Positions 27,967-38,799 are shown, counted from the stretch's first letter. The stretch is 64,000 bases of DNA from Nitrosopumilus sp. (GCA_965197525.1 OZ240211.1:1696001-1760000); one strand, 5' to 3'. Numbers and translations: made by a program. The notes: generated by a model not told the origin, from the letters alone.

Positions 27967-30900
27967 TTATTTTTCACTTAATATTGCCACAAGTGCATCG
28001 ACATCTTTATCTGTGAATCCGTTTTTCTTCATGTCTACAAGTATTTTGTTTACTATTTTTTCCATCTTCTTTTTTTGTTCTGGCTTCAAAGATACTATGT
28101 TATTATGTTCTCTACCATCAGCATGAGTGACGGTAATCTGATACGATGGTTTTACAAAATTGTCAGACACATCTGAAAAATTCATCGATGCAAGTCTTTT
28201 GAATCTTCTAGATACCTCAGCTAGATTATTCTCAAACAGTTCACACTGATCATCTTTCCAAGATTCTGGAGGAACATCTGTAAGGCTCAAAGCAATGTAG
28301 CTTATCCAATCTTCTTCCCTATCTATGGTATCTGAAGACACTACAGTCAAAAACACCTTCATTTTATGATCAGTTACATTTTTCAGCATGACTGAAGCGG
28401 CCTGTGAAACCTTTTTTCTGTCGTCTATTCCCGTGTAATCAAACAGCATTTTTTTAATATCCTGAAGCATTTTAGAATAGGCGTTTTGAAGATTAGTTTT
28501 TGATTTTGTTAGTGTTTTTGAAAACTTTGTGATCTCTGATTTTGATTTATCTGAGTTAAAAGAATCAAATCCCAAGGCCTTTGGAAGTGATTCAAACAGT
28601 AACGTGTCTGGCTCTCTTGCCTCAAGTATGGTATTTCTTACGGCAATAGTGTTTTTGTCTAGATTTTTGGTCTGTCTTGCATATGGTACAAGAACAGAGG
28701 TAATTCGCACCAGATGAGATACAACATCTAGTACACTGCCTTCTGAATTTATATCAAAATCTTTGATTACTGTACTTAGTAGTTGTTTTTTTGATGCAGT
28801 GCTTGTAAAATATTTCAACTCAAAATGGCTTGGATTTTTTATCATTCGCTCTACGATCTCTATTCCAAGTTTTGGTGAATACGTTCCATGCTCGTACAAT
28901 GCGATGTTGTTTTTGTAAATCAGTAAGATCGTAGTGATGATGATATCAATTGTACCTGTTTTCATGCCATATGGCGGCATCTTGCACAGTTGGTGTATCG
29001 AATGCAATGATACACGTTTTTTGGATTTTTTCAACATCTTCAATATTTTATCCCATACAGGATACAGAGTATTATCTGATGAGGGTGACTTTAGTTTCCA
29101 ATCAAGATTAGAATCAGCAACATGAATATTGTTTTTTACAAAAATTGCTTCATATACTGCACGATCAGGCCCGTAACCATCTATTCCAAAGCGTGCTTTA
29201 TTGGTATCAATTATCATGTTCTCTAGTAATTGTCGTTTTGCAGCAGTGCCCTGTGATGAAAGAATTGTACGGTTTATCATCTCATTGTGTATCTTGGGCG
29301 TATCTGGATATGCATCATCACTTACGGTGGATGCTATTGCACTTGGCGTTCCATTTAACATTTTGTTGTCATATGACCACCTTGCAGTACTGCCGTGCGT
29401 ATTGCCAAATTCTCTGTCCAGAATTATTTCTGCATCAGATAATCTCTCCTCTAGTTCTTTGTGTGATACCCAGTCTGATATTACATCCTGGTCATTTTCC
29501 AAAATGTCTCGAATTGCCATAACGTTAATTGCTTCACGGAGTAGTATTGACGTATCTTCTGGTTTTACTGTAATCAGAGGCTTGTTGCATATTACATTTG
29601 TCGAACTGCCTGTATCATACAGAATCGCACCATCATAGCTGTCATCTAGTATGATCTCAGAAGATGTTGCAAATCGTCTCTCAAAAAGTCTCATGGTACC
29701 ATACTTTATGTTGTGTTTTGCAGCCACCACAGGTTCTAGTTCAATGACATTTTGGAGCATTTGGGTCAACGAGGATTTCGAATATCGTTTCTTGTACATG
29801 TCAAGCTTTGCAGCTATGTCGATATCGGTACCATGCCATATGCGGTACTCGTCTGCATATTTTCTGTATGTAATGATGGATTTGTTTTGTAGTTTCTTTA
29901 GAATTTGTTTTGATTTTGCACCGATTACATAATCTATGATTTGTTGAGATGCTCTAAGGTATCCCGATCTTGCAATCAAATTAAGAATTCCAATTGTCTT
30001 CAATGTCTTAATTTCGATTTTGTCTAATCCATACGAGTCACGAATTATGGTCTCAATCTCCATGAGACGAGTTATGTTTGCAGAGCTAGAATTAATCATG
30101 CTTGTACCTGATATGAAGTAATCATACAGAGTATCCAATCCAATTGTGGGAGGTTTGTCATCTTGCCAGTAATTTTCATCGATAAATGTTGCAACCGTGT
30201 TCTTGCCACCGTCTGAGATAAAGGACAACAAAGTTCGCTCATGTTGTCCGTATCTTGAACACAGCTCAGGTAGGACTTCAAGCGCTAATGGCTCTAGAGG
30301 ATAACACGATGCAATCAGATCTGGATCGAATCCTCCTTCTATGCCAAGGTTCTGCAATAATTTTGCCTTGCTTTTGGCCCAATTTCTCACTATTCGGCGA
30401 CGGCTATTATTAGGGGTTAGCTTGATGGTGTTCGAGATTAATTGTCTTGTCTGATTTGGTGAATTTGCAAATGGGATGTCTTCGAATCTGCCCTGAATCT
30501 TTGCCCATTCTTGCTTTCTTGCATGGGATGCGCCTACGGCATATTCCTCAAACGCCATGTGCTGCAGCGTTATAATTGATAGAGGAATTTTTCTTCCCGG
30601 CCCGGACATTTCTGCTAGCTCTTGCAGCAAGAACAGATCGCTTTCCTGTGTTTCATCTGTGGTAAAATATTCTATATTTTTGCCAAATTCATCAAGGATT
30701 ATAACTACAGGAGCAATCTTGCACATATCTACAATAATTTCAGTTATTTCCGAAACAGAAGGCACTGTTTTCTTTAGATTTCTAATGTGTTTTTTTAGAT
30801 GTCGTGCCGTCGAAAAGTGCTTTGTTGTGTATTTGTCAAAATACTTTGTTGCACCATCATCTAATGCCTTTAATATGGTTGCCGTAATTGGTTCGCGTCT

Positions 30901-31293
30901 TGCAGTTATTGCACATACAAGCATTCCCTTCTGGTGAATGTTTGCTTTTTCTCGTGCATCTAAAAGTATGGTAGTAACATTAAATGACTCGCGTTTAAGA
31001 ACATTATGCGCCGTCTTCCATTCCGATTTATGTCGTGCTACAAGAAGGCCTTTGAGAAATGTTGCCATGGTTGACTTGCCTGAACCATACGGTCCTGTAA
31101 TTGAGAGCATTCGTCCATCCTTTGCACCTGAAAGTCCAGCTGAAAAACGCTCAACTATCTCCAGAGTACTTGCACTAGGAAGATAGTTCTTTAATGCGGT
31201 GATATCATCATGTTCAATATTTGTAGAATTGTATTCCTTTGGAGGGATTGTAACTAGTTTTGAGAGTGGCTTGCGTTTTTGAACTGTTTTCAT
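27967..31293 (-). CDS. sspC: large P-loop ATPase (SspC/BrxC-like)
   Basis: 1108 aa; Walker A GPYGSGKS, Walker B IILDEFGK; 1-bp overlap with DUF4007 gene. Confidence 0.75.
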   Translation of the reverse strand: MKTVQKRKPLSKLVTIPPKEYNSTNIEHDDITALKNYLPSASTLEIVERFSAGLSGAKDGRMLSITGPYGSGKSTMATFLKGLLVARHKSEWKTAHNVLKRESFNVTTILLDAREKANIHQKGMLVCAITARREPITATILKALDDGATKYFDKYTTKHFSTARHLKKHIRNLKKTVPSVSEITEIIVDMCKIAPVVIILDEFGKNIEYFTTDETQESDLFLLQELAEMSGPGRKIPLSIITLQHMAFEEYAVGASHARKQEWAKIQGRFEDIPFANSPNQTRQLISNTIKLTPNNSRRRIVRNWAKSKAKLLQNLGIEGGFDPDLIASCYPLEPLALEVLPELCSRYGQHERTLLSFISDGGKNTVATFIDENYWQDDKPPTIGLDTLYDYFISGTSMINSSSANITRLMEIETIIRDSYGLDKIEIKTLKTIGILNLIARSGYLRASQQIIDYVIGAKSKQILKKLQNKSIITYRKYADEYRIWHGTDIDIAAKLDMYKKRYSKSSLTQMLQNVIELEPVVAAKHNIKYGTMRLFERRFATSSEIILDDSYDGAILYDTGSSTNVICNKPLITVKPEDTSILLREAINVMAIRDILENDQDVISDWVSHKELEERLSDAEIILDREFGNTHGSTARWSYDNKMLNGTPSAIASTVSDDAYPDTPKIHNEMINRTILSSQGTAAKRQLLENMIIDTNKARFGIDGYGPDRAVYEAIFVKNNIHVADSNLDWKLKSPSSDNTLYPVWDKILKMLKKSKKRVSLHSIHQLCKMPPYGMKTGTIDIIITTILLIYKNNIALYEHGTYSPKLGIEIVERMIKNPSHFELKYFTSTASKKQLLSTVIKDFDINSEGSVLDVVSHLVRITSVLVPYARQTKNLDKNTIAVRNTILEAREPDTLLFESLPKALGFDSFNSDKSKSEITKFSKTLTKSKTNLQNAYSKMLQDIKKMLFDYTGIDDRKKVSQAASVMLKNVTDHKMKVFLTVVSSDTIDREEDWISYIALSLTDVPPESWKDDQCELFENNLAEVSRRFKRLASMNFSDVSDNFVKPSYQITVTHADGREHNNIVSLKPEQKKKMEKIVNKILVDMKKNGFTDKDVDALVAILSEK

Positions 31294-32312
31294 TATGTTA
31301 TCTGCTCCTGTATCATTGCAACGGGCATGATCTTTTTGTCATATGCCAAAGAAAGTATTTCTTTTGATGCTTCTTCAATAGAATCAAACACCAAGTGTTG
31401 CGCACCGTTGATATTTTGTAGTTTGATTGAATCTGAGATATCACATGCGTTTGATAGCAAATCCAAAAGGTCATTTTCATTTATCTTAAAGATGTTGCCT
31501 ATACTGCCTGCCTCCGTTGCCAATCTGCTAAGAGACACATTCTTGGACTTTATGTCAGAACGAGCTATAAAATCAAGGCATGCAAAGGCTGTAATCAGTG
31601 GAGATACTCCATATTTTTTGCCAAATACAAACCTCATAGTATCTCGTGAACTCTGTTTTATCATGTGGAGCTGTCTTAACGGGCAGTCAAGATAATCTTC
31701 CATGGTAAGTTTGTTCTGCCTAGTAGTGTATGTATGTACAAATACATCAATATCTTTTTTTATGGATTTTGCATGTGCAATAACGCAAGTGCCATCTGCA
31801 TGCCGGGCTTGGCTAGCTCAAAACTGCACGCTGTCGTGGATTGTTTGTGTTTTCCATTCGGCAATGTTTGTAATGCGAGTAGTAATTGACTCGGTCACAT
31901 CCTCAATCTTTACGTTTGTTGCATGAAAATCATTCATTATCATCCACCATACCGGAACTTTACATGGTGGTGCAAAAAGTAGCCAGTGTAATAACCATAA
32001 AGTATCTGGCTTTTCAAGATATGGATCAAGTCCATATTTGTCATCAAATATTATATCGCCTATTTCTGTGCTGACCATAGTCGTGTTTGCACCAGAACCA
32101 CATGCTTCCATTATCTTGTTTGCACGTCCCCAGAATTTTATTGCTCGAACCATGTTTTTTCCAACACCTAGTTTTACTGTGGTATCCTCACGTTTGAATA
32201 TTGAAGGATCGTCTTGTATCTGATCATATGCTTTTTTGAGCCATCCGTATCTGAGATGAAACGATTCGTGGTTTGCAAATGTAGGTTTTGGTATGGCCTC
32301 TGTAACTAACAT
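31293..32312 (-). pseudogene. sspB: DUF4007 protein (SspB-like) interrupted by an in-frame TGA within an apparent 69-bp insertion
   Basis: FANHESFHLRYGWLKK, LGVGKNMVRAIKFW, DPYLE..TLWLLHWLL; both ORF halves in the same frame. Confidence 0.8.
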
Positions 32313-33473
32313 CTATCTCAGATTCTCCGTAATCTCTGCCTCTTTTTTTCGTACAAACTCTGCTGCTTGTGCAATGTCTATTGCAGCAGTTTCAATGTCT
32401 TTCATCTCCGTATGTCTTCCAACAGATACGCGGATTGATTCGTCTGCTGCAGTACGATCTAGTCCCATTGCGGTAAGTACATGTGATGGTTCCATCGTAT
32501 TAGAAGAGCATGCACTTCCTGATGAGATTTCAATATGTTTAGTATTAACAATCACTGCGTCTGATTGTGCACCGTGTATTCTTATACTTGATGTATTTGG
32601 AAGGCGTTCTGTATTCTCGCCGTTTATCGTTACATTTGAAATGAGAGATTTTATTCTTGATTCTAAATTATCGCGCAGTACCAACAGTTTTGCTGACTCT
32701 TTTGGAATTATCTCGTATGCAATCTGGCATGCCTTGCCGAATCCCACGATTCCAGAAACATTTTGTGTGCCACTGCGCAGGCCTTTTTCCTGTCCTCCCC
32801 CATAAATCAACGGAGTCATGCTTTTCCGTATATGACGTGATGCCACAAATGCGCCTACTCCCTTGGGACCATACATCTTGTGGCTACTGCAGGTGGAAAT
32901 ATCTATTCCAAGGTCATGAATGTCGACTGGAATCTTACCTGCAGCTTGTGTAATATCGCTGTGAAGTATGGCGCCTGCATCATGGACAATCTTGGATATC
33001 TCCTTTATGGGGTTTATCACTCCGGTCTCGCTGTTTGCAAGCATTATGGATACCACGTCAGTTTCTGGCTCTATCTTTTCGCTTAATACATCAAGGTCTA
33101 TTACTCCATCAGATTTTACGGGAATTACAAATATTTCTGATCCGAATCGTTTCATAAAGTTGCATGGCTCAATGACAGACTTGTGTTCTGTAGCACCATA
33201 TAATATGCGGTGATTGTTTTCTATGTTCAGTCCAATTCCGGCTATTGCCATGTTGTTGGCCTCTGTAGCTCCGGATGTAAAGATGACGTCCTCCTTGTCC
33301 GCACCAATTAATATCGCTAACTTCTCTCTTGCGTCATCTATCAAATCCATTGCGTCCATTCCTGAGTCATGTGTGCTAGATGGGTTTCCAAATTTTTTTT
33401 TGAACACTGGAATCATTTCATCAATTACTCTTTGGTCTACTGGAGTTGTGGAATTGTAATCTAGATATACCAT
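32313..33473 (-). CDS. sspA: cysteine desulfurase (IscS/SspA-like)
   Basis: YLDYNSTTP, FTSGATEANN, HKMYGPKG, SSGSACSS; start re-placed at ATG 33473; stop abuts sspB start. Confidence 0.85.
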   Translation of the reverse strand: MVYLDYNSTTPVDQRVIDEMIPVFKKKFGNPSSTHDSGMDAMDLIDDAREKLAILIGADKEDVIFTSGATEANNMAIAGIGLNIENNHRILYGATEHKSVIEPCNFMKRFGSEIFVIPVKSDGVIDLDVLSEKIEPETDVVSIMLANSETGVINPIKEISKIVHDAGAILHSDITQAAGKIPVDIHDLGIDISTCSSHKMYGPKGVGAFVASRHIRKSMTPLIYGGGQEKGLRSGTQNVSGIVGFGKACQIAYEIIPKESAKLLVLRDNLESRIKSLISNVTINGENTERLPNTSSIRIHGAQSDAVIVNTKHIEISSGSACSSNTMEPSHVLTAMGLDRTAADESIRVSVGRHTEMKDIETAAIDIAQAAEFVRKKEAEITENLR

Positions 33474-33876
33474 TACATATGTTCTAAACCCGTCACAATT
33501 AAAGTATTTGAGATTTTCAGCTAAGCAAAATATACTTTGATTTAGGCCAAATCTGACAAGAATGAAGCAGATCAGTAAGGGTACGACCCTCCTGGTTTTT
33601 GTTGTCGAGACATAAAACCAAGCCGGGCCGTGACCTATCGAACAATTCCGAAATATATACGGTCTCGTATTTTTATCACGTTTTTTACTCATTAAGCCAG
33701 CGCGAGATCCGTGATCTTTAAGTTTTTCACTGATTTTGAATCAAAAATTTGGACAACGCCATCCAAAGCAACTGAAAAGTAGTTGTCTGGATCAATTTCT
33801 GATCTTTACTCTTCTTGGTTCCAGCTCTAAATGTCAAGATTTGAACACTTGATTCTTGTTTCAAGTCTTATGAACT

Positions 33877-34386
33877 TTATTTGGTTGGCATGGTATGCAA
33901 CACATCCTTGTTGATTCGCCTCATGGTAAACGGCAACGAGTCAAACCAAGGATCTTCGTTTATGAACAGTTCTGCCGTGTTCAGTACGGCATTCAAATCT
34001 GCACGACATCCCCAGACATATCTATCCCAACCTCGTCCGTAGGCTATAGGCACGTCGGCATACCATAGGTCCGGTTCGAATCGAAGGAACTGGAGTAGTT
34101 CGTGTGTTTTCAAATTATTAAACCCTATGAAATGGTTGTCCTCCCCGCATCCGAGAGACTCCATCTCCGCTTTTGCCTTGGGAAAGTCGACGGGCTCGTT
34201 TTTTACACTTGTTTGCCCATCCTGCTTGAAGTAGACGATCCCGTGTTCAGTCGCTGCCTGTTCTTGGTCTTGGACGGTTACTTCCTTGGACTTTTCATAC
34301 CAGACGCGCTGTTGGGGTTTTTCATCTTCAAACTGAAGTCCGGAAGCTTTGAGCGTGGGCATGGAAATTATTCTGGTGGAATTCAT
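33877..34386 (-). CDS. hypothetical protein
   Basis: 169-aa ORF, no recognised motif. Confidence 0.5.
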   Translation of the reverse strand: MNSTRIISMPTLKASGLQFEDEKPQQRVWYEKSKEVTVQDQEQAATEHGIVYFKQDGQTSVKNEPVDFPKAKAEMESLGCGEDNHFIGFNNLKTHELLQFLRFEPDLWYADVPIAYGRGWDRYVWGCRADLNAVLNTAELFINEDPWFDSLPFTMRRINKDVLHTMPTK

Positions 34387-34458
34387 TTAAAGTTTACGAG
34401 GTATGGGGTGTTGATTATCTGGACACGTCAGTGTTCTGATGTTACTTTACCGCCGAGA

Positions 34459-34889
34459 TTAATCCTTATCATGTTCATTTATCTTATCATAAAGCGGTTT
34501 CATTCTCGCGTACTCCTGCTCTCCAACGTACGAGAGGAATTCTTCATCGTCTAGGTGCTGCTCCATCTCTTCTGGGGTATTGATCATGTTGGAGACGGCG
34601 TATATATCCTTCCAAAGATCTCCATTACCAGCGGGCTGTTTACAGACATTGCCACGAACAGCTCCTCGGCACGCATGGATGAAAAGATCTCGGAATTCTC
34701 TACAAGTGTTTTTCTGTGCCGGTCCACACTCTCTTTGATGTCCCACAGATCTATGACTACCTTGTCTTGCATCTTCTGCGGATCCGGGTCTATCAAAGTG
34801 TAATGTTTTCCCAACTTGCCTGAAACCTCGTCAAACTCGTACATGGAGACCATCTCTTTGATTTTGAAACCCATGGAAATCATGCTCAT
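34459..34889 (-). pseudogene. hypothetical gene split by a 2-nt slip in an AT dinucleotide run
   Basis: 34584-34889 and 34459-34746 join into one acidic protein if AT is removed from GGAAGGATATATACGCC (~34600). Confidence 0.4.
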
Positions 34890-35037
34890 AGTTCCAATTC
34901 CTTGGATTTAAGTCATGAGATGTACAAGAGCTCTCAGATCCAACTGATTCAACATCTCATTTAGTTCCATCAACCCAAGTTTTGTGCTACAGACACATTT
35001 CTATTCCTTATATGTAACTACAATACACAATTACGAA

Positions 35038-35295
35038 ATGGCAAAAGCCTTTGGCTACCTTGAAACGTTAGATGATGGTGAAATAAGAATGCGTCAAAAA
35101 CATTTTGCAAAGGCACTCAAGACATCAGATGAAAGCAAGCAAATAACAGTTGAATACTATGGTGGATGCGAGGAGCTTGTGAACCTGTCGGACGATCTGA
35201 ACATTGTTTCTGATGTTACTGTCGCAGCTGATGAATTGGAAATGGATGACGGGAAGATGCACGAGGATGAGATTTATGCGGGGGAAAGAAGATGA
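35038..35295 (+). CDS. small acidic hypothetical protein
   Basis: MAKAFGYLETLDDGEIRM...; ATG 35038 preferred over track GTG. Confidence 0.45.
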   Translation: MAKAFGYLETLDDGEIRMRQKHFAKALKTSDESKQITVEYYGGCEELVNLSDDLNIVSDVTVAADELEMDDGKMHEDEIYAGERR

Positions 35296-35389
35296 TGATA
35301 CCAAGTTACAGTTGTAGTATGCAATACTCAAACAGTCACTTGCATTTAGCTTCTAAAAGTTTGTAATCAATCACATAACATTTGTGGGA

Positions 35390-36805
35390 TCCCGAAAGTA
35401 GTTCGCCCCTCTTCAAAACTTGGAGATGTTTGCATGTATGATGTTCTAGAGTGTTGTATAACTCTCTTGCGCTAAATTCCACTATACAATTCATGAATTT
35501 TATTCATTTCCACTCCACGCATGGCAACTATTCAAAAAATTATGTATAGTATCCACTAAGGATAACATCTGTTTTGATATCATAATGTTACTCTACACTG
35601 TACTCTTGACCTGTTTGACTATCTGTCACCGTCTTGCCAGCAGGTGGCATCTTTCTCTTAAATGCCTGTACCGGAGTCTCTAGATTGTCCCAGTCAAGTG
35701 ACATATGCGGTCTGTTGTAGTTGTACCATTCCATGAACCGTTCCACGGGATCCTTTGCAGATGCGGTGTAAAACGGTCCTCCTACACTAGAGTTCTCTGT
35801 TGTACCACGTCGAGTCTTGCCAGCTGAGGCACCTTCAAAGTGGCCTAGTTTGCGCTGTATCTCTCCGTGCAGACGTTCTAGTTTACCATTTGTCTGTGGA
35901 TGTCGTACACGTGCCAATATGTGTTTGATGTCAAGTTCCACCAGTCTTTGTTCAAATTTGGAGGCACCCTTCTTCTTGGCCTCAGACTCTGTGGCATAGA
36001 ACTGGGTACCGCGATCTGTCAGGATTGATGCAGGCTTGCCGTGATTTTTTATGGCCTCATCAAGTACCTTTAGGGCGTTTTCTGTAGTTGCCTCTGCAAA
36101 TACCCCAAAACCAGTCACAAAACGTGAAGCGTCATCCTGGTAACATATGAGCCATCTGCCATCGTCAAGCTGTTTGAAATCAGTATGCCACAGGGAATTG
36201 GAGTAAGTTCGTTCCCACCTAACCCACTTGCGCCTCTTGCTCTTGTTTGGACTGGCATCTACATAATCTGCATCTTTCAATACTTTGTGTATAAAGTTGT
36301 GCGCAATATACATTCCTACAGATGATCTTATGACGCGCTCCAAGGTTGCAGCTCCTCGAATCTCGTTTGCTATTGCTGAGAGAATCACAGAGTGTTCTAG
36401 TCGTCCGGGCGCACTCTTTTTGGGTCTTCCCATTGGGGCAGGATACACTATCTTGTCTGCATCTTTGTATCTCTTGTGCAGCTTTTGAACCCATCTGACA
36501 GAGACGTTCATCTTTGCTGCAATCTCTCTGTTACTGGCAGTATTCTTGCGTTTTTCTCTGATAATCCATTCCACTTTGGACAAGTCAAGTTTTTTCATTA
36601 CTCGTACTCTCCGTCTTCCTATATAACGCCACACAGTAGAGCGTCTCCATCTGCGGACCCACACACCGCTGTTTCCAGTAATGGACAAGTTGACTGTGTC
36701 TTTCATAGATTTTACATGGGATGCCATGCCGCTGAAAAAATCGGTCATGGAACACGCCCACCTAGGCTATGAGCCTGATGTGAGGGGTGAACTACTTTCG
36801 GGACA
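35390..36805 (-). mobile_element. IS481-family insertion sequence
   Basis: 20-bp inverted repeats TCCCGAAAGTAGTTCGCCCC (35390-35409) / GGGGTGAACTACTTTCGGGA(CA) (36784-36805), one mismatch. Confidence 0.8.
35588..36748 (-). CDS. IS481-family DDE transposase (likely start ATG 36598)
   Basis: WHTDFKQ, DDASRF, ILTDRGTQF, HPQTNGKLER, YNYNRPHMSL. Confidence 0.85.
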   Translation of the reverse strand: MTDFFSGMASHVKSMKDTVNLSITGNSGVWVRRWRRSTVWRYIGRRRVRVMKKLDLSKVEWIIREKRKNTASNREIAAKMNVSVRWVQKLHKRYKDADKIVYPAPMGRPKKSAPGRLEHSVILSAIANEIRGAATLERVIRSSVGMYIAHNFIHKVLKDADYVDASPNKSKRRKWVRWERTYSNSLWHTDFKQLDDGRWLICYQDDASRFVTGFGVFAEATTENALKVLDEAIKNHGKPASILTDRGTQFYATESEAKKKGASKFEQRLVELDIKHILARVRHPQTNGKLERLHGEIQRKLGHFEGASAGKTRRGTTENSSVGGPFYTASAKDPVERFMEWYNYNRPHMSLDWDNLETPVQAFKRKMPPAGKTVTDSQTGQEYSVE

Positions 36806-36941
36806 ATACACAATCACATAACATTTAATCATCTTATATTGCATCAAATCTCTGATTATCTTGCTTGTTACGTGCTCTGTATTCATTCCAAAACAATAAT
36901 TATTCCTAATACGCCTGTTATCCTGCTATTATTATTATTGG

Positions 36942-37433
36942 TCACCCAATCTTGCAACAACTCTTACTTTGCAACCCTCTTGTAATCCAATAGATTGAAA
37001 AAATCAAGACACCAACTGAAATGAACTTTAACTCTAACCCCTGCATAGGAAATAACGATAAACCTCCTACTGCACCTAAAATTACTGCTAGAGGTGCAGT
37101 GCATGCAGGACATCCTGGAGTAAAGGCTGCAAACGCTCCCCCTAACACCGCTGACGAGTTTGATTTTACAGAGTTCATCATCTTTACTCTTTTTATCTTA
37201 AATGCCATCATTGCAAAATTAATTCCGGCAAGTGCTGAGATTGCAATCGTTAGCCCAATTGACGTAGCAATATACCATGGTGCCATCTCTGACACCACAC
37301 CAAAATGTGTTGGCAGCATTGACATTGTCAAATAATAGTAGATTATTCCCAGTCCTACACTGCTAACTATTGCAATACTTGCATATTTTTTGATGGTTAA
37401 CACGTTTGAGACTAGCTGTAATTTGCTTACCAT
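36942..37433 (-). CDS. membrane protein with CPAC motif
   Basis: Several hydrophobic helices; PGCPACTAP; terminal SCCK. Confidence 0.7.
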   Translation of the reverse strand: MVSKLQLVSNVLTIKKYASIAIVSSVGLGIIYYYLTMSMLPTHFGVVSEMAPWYIATSIGLTIAISALAGINFAMMAFKIKRVKMMNSVKSNSSAVLGGAFAAFTPGCPACTAPLAVILGAVGGLSLFPMQGLELKFISVGVLIFSIYWITRGLQSKSCCKIG

Positions 37434-37508
37434 GTAACAGTTATTGGAATTTATTGTATTTTAACTATCTTACCATCATTATCAAAGATTATTATTCGTA
37501 GACTTGTA

Positions 37509-37769
37509 ATGATACATATGAGTGATTTCACACTAGTTGAAAAAACGATACTTGTCCAATATGCTATAAAAAAATACGAAGACGAGCAACTAGTCATCCA
37601 AAAACTTGCCTCCATACTATCTGAAAAAGACATTCAAAGAAACATCGACACTCTCATTGGCACACAACGCGTTAGACGAATCGGCCCTGAAATTCTTCAA
37701 AACAACGAAAGTCACACTGAACTACCAGAACTACCAGATAATCTCAAATCTATCATTGATGCCATTTAG
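37509..37769 (+). CDS. conserved hypothetical protein
   Basis: 86-aa ORF in core-gene context. Confidence 0.65.
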   Translation: MIHMSDFTLVEKTILVQYAIKKYEDEQLVIQKLASILSEKDIQRNIDTLIGTQRVRRIGPEILQNNESHTELPELPDNLKSIIDAI

Positions 37770-37917
37770 CCTCCTGTTCTTTACGTGGATCATATCGTCT
37801 TCTAACCTGCCTTTACTCTGCGATTAACTGCAAATCCATATTTTTGTATGTACAATAAAATCTAAATCTGCTAGTAATGTACATACTATCACACCAATTA
37901 TTTTATTCGTTCCATGT

Positions 37918-38799
37918 TTAGAATCCGCGTAATCCTTGGGGACGTACAACTTCTGGATGCTGTCTCATCCAATCTACCTTTGCAAGCATTGCCTGTTTGT
38001 CTTGGGGGAATGTTCCCTTTATTGTATATGCGTTTGAGCCATGATTTACCCTAAAAATAATCTCATTACTGGTCTCGATTTGATCAACTAAATCATACAA
38101 CTCTTCTAATGATTCATCATCATTGATTCTCTCAAACTGTCCCTGATATTTTTCAAGAAATTCTTCTTTTATCCCATTCTCAAGGTATAGTGTTAATGCA
38201 CCAACATAGTTAGGCGAACATGCGCTGATTACTTGGGCTGTTCCCTTTATGTGATCTTTTGAATATTTTTTACCACCTAGTCCCAAAATTACCATACATG
38301 ACATAATGTATCCTGCATCCTTTGCCTTGTTGACTGATTTAATGATGGTTTTTGCAACAGCGCCCTTTGTTACTTTTTTTAAGACAGTATCAGAGCCGCT
38401 CTCAATCCCTAAATAAAACATGTCAAGCCCCGCCTGATTCATCTTTTTTAACTCGTCAGGTGTCTTTTTTAGAATGTTCATGGGCATGGCATAACATGAG
38501 ATTCGTTGAATGTTTGCAAACTTTTCTTTGATGTATCTTACAATCTTTATCATATATTCAGAATCTAAATTCAACGCATCTCCGTCTGCAAGAAAAACGC
38601 GTTCTGTTTCTGGCATATATTTTGCCATCATATCAATCTCTGATTTTACCTCGTCCCACGATCTTTCAGAATATTCTTTGGAACGATACATGTCACAAAA
38701 GGAACATTCGTTAAATGAACAACCCAGCGTAACCTGAAATATCAGCGATTTGGCCTCTGATGGCGGTCTATACAGCGGAGCGTCATAATTTAACATCAT
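37918..38799 (-). CDS. radical SAM protein
   Basis: CSFNECSFC (CxxxCxxC); YRPPSE; FLADGDAL; GIESG. Confidence 0.9.
   Translation of the reverse strand: MMLNYDAPLYRPPSEAKSLIFQVTLGCSFNECSFCDMYRSKEYSERSWDEVKSEIDMMAKYMPETERVFLADGDALNLDSEYMIKIVRYIKEKFANIQRISCYAMPMNILKKTPDELKKMNQAGLDMFYLGIESGSDTVLKKVTKGAVAKTIIKSVNKAKDAGYIMSCMVILGLGGKKYSKDHIKGTAQVISACSPNYVGALTLYLENGIKEEFLEKYQGQFERINDDESLEELYDLVDQIETSNEIIFRVNHGSNAYTIKGTFPQDKQAMLAKVDWMRQHPEVVRPQGLRGF

Noticed and set aside
31818-31820. Selenocysteine or readthrough at the sspB TGA
   Set aside because: The codon lies in an apparently foreign insert at a non-catalytic position, and a Sec system is not known in this lineage
26113-33473. BREX type 4 or DndABCDE assignment
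   Set aside because: No PglZ or BrxL, and no DndB, DndD (SMC-like) or DndE; gene order fits sspABCD better
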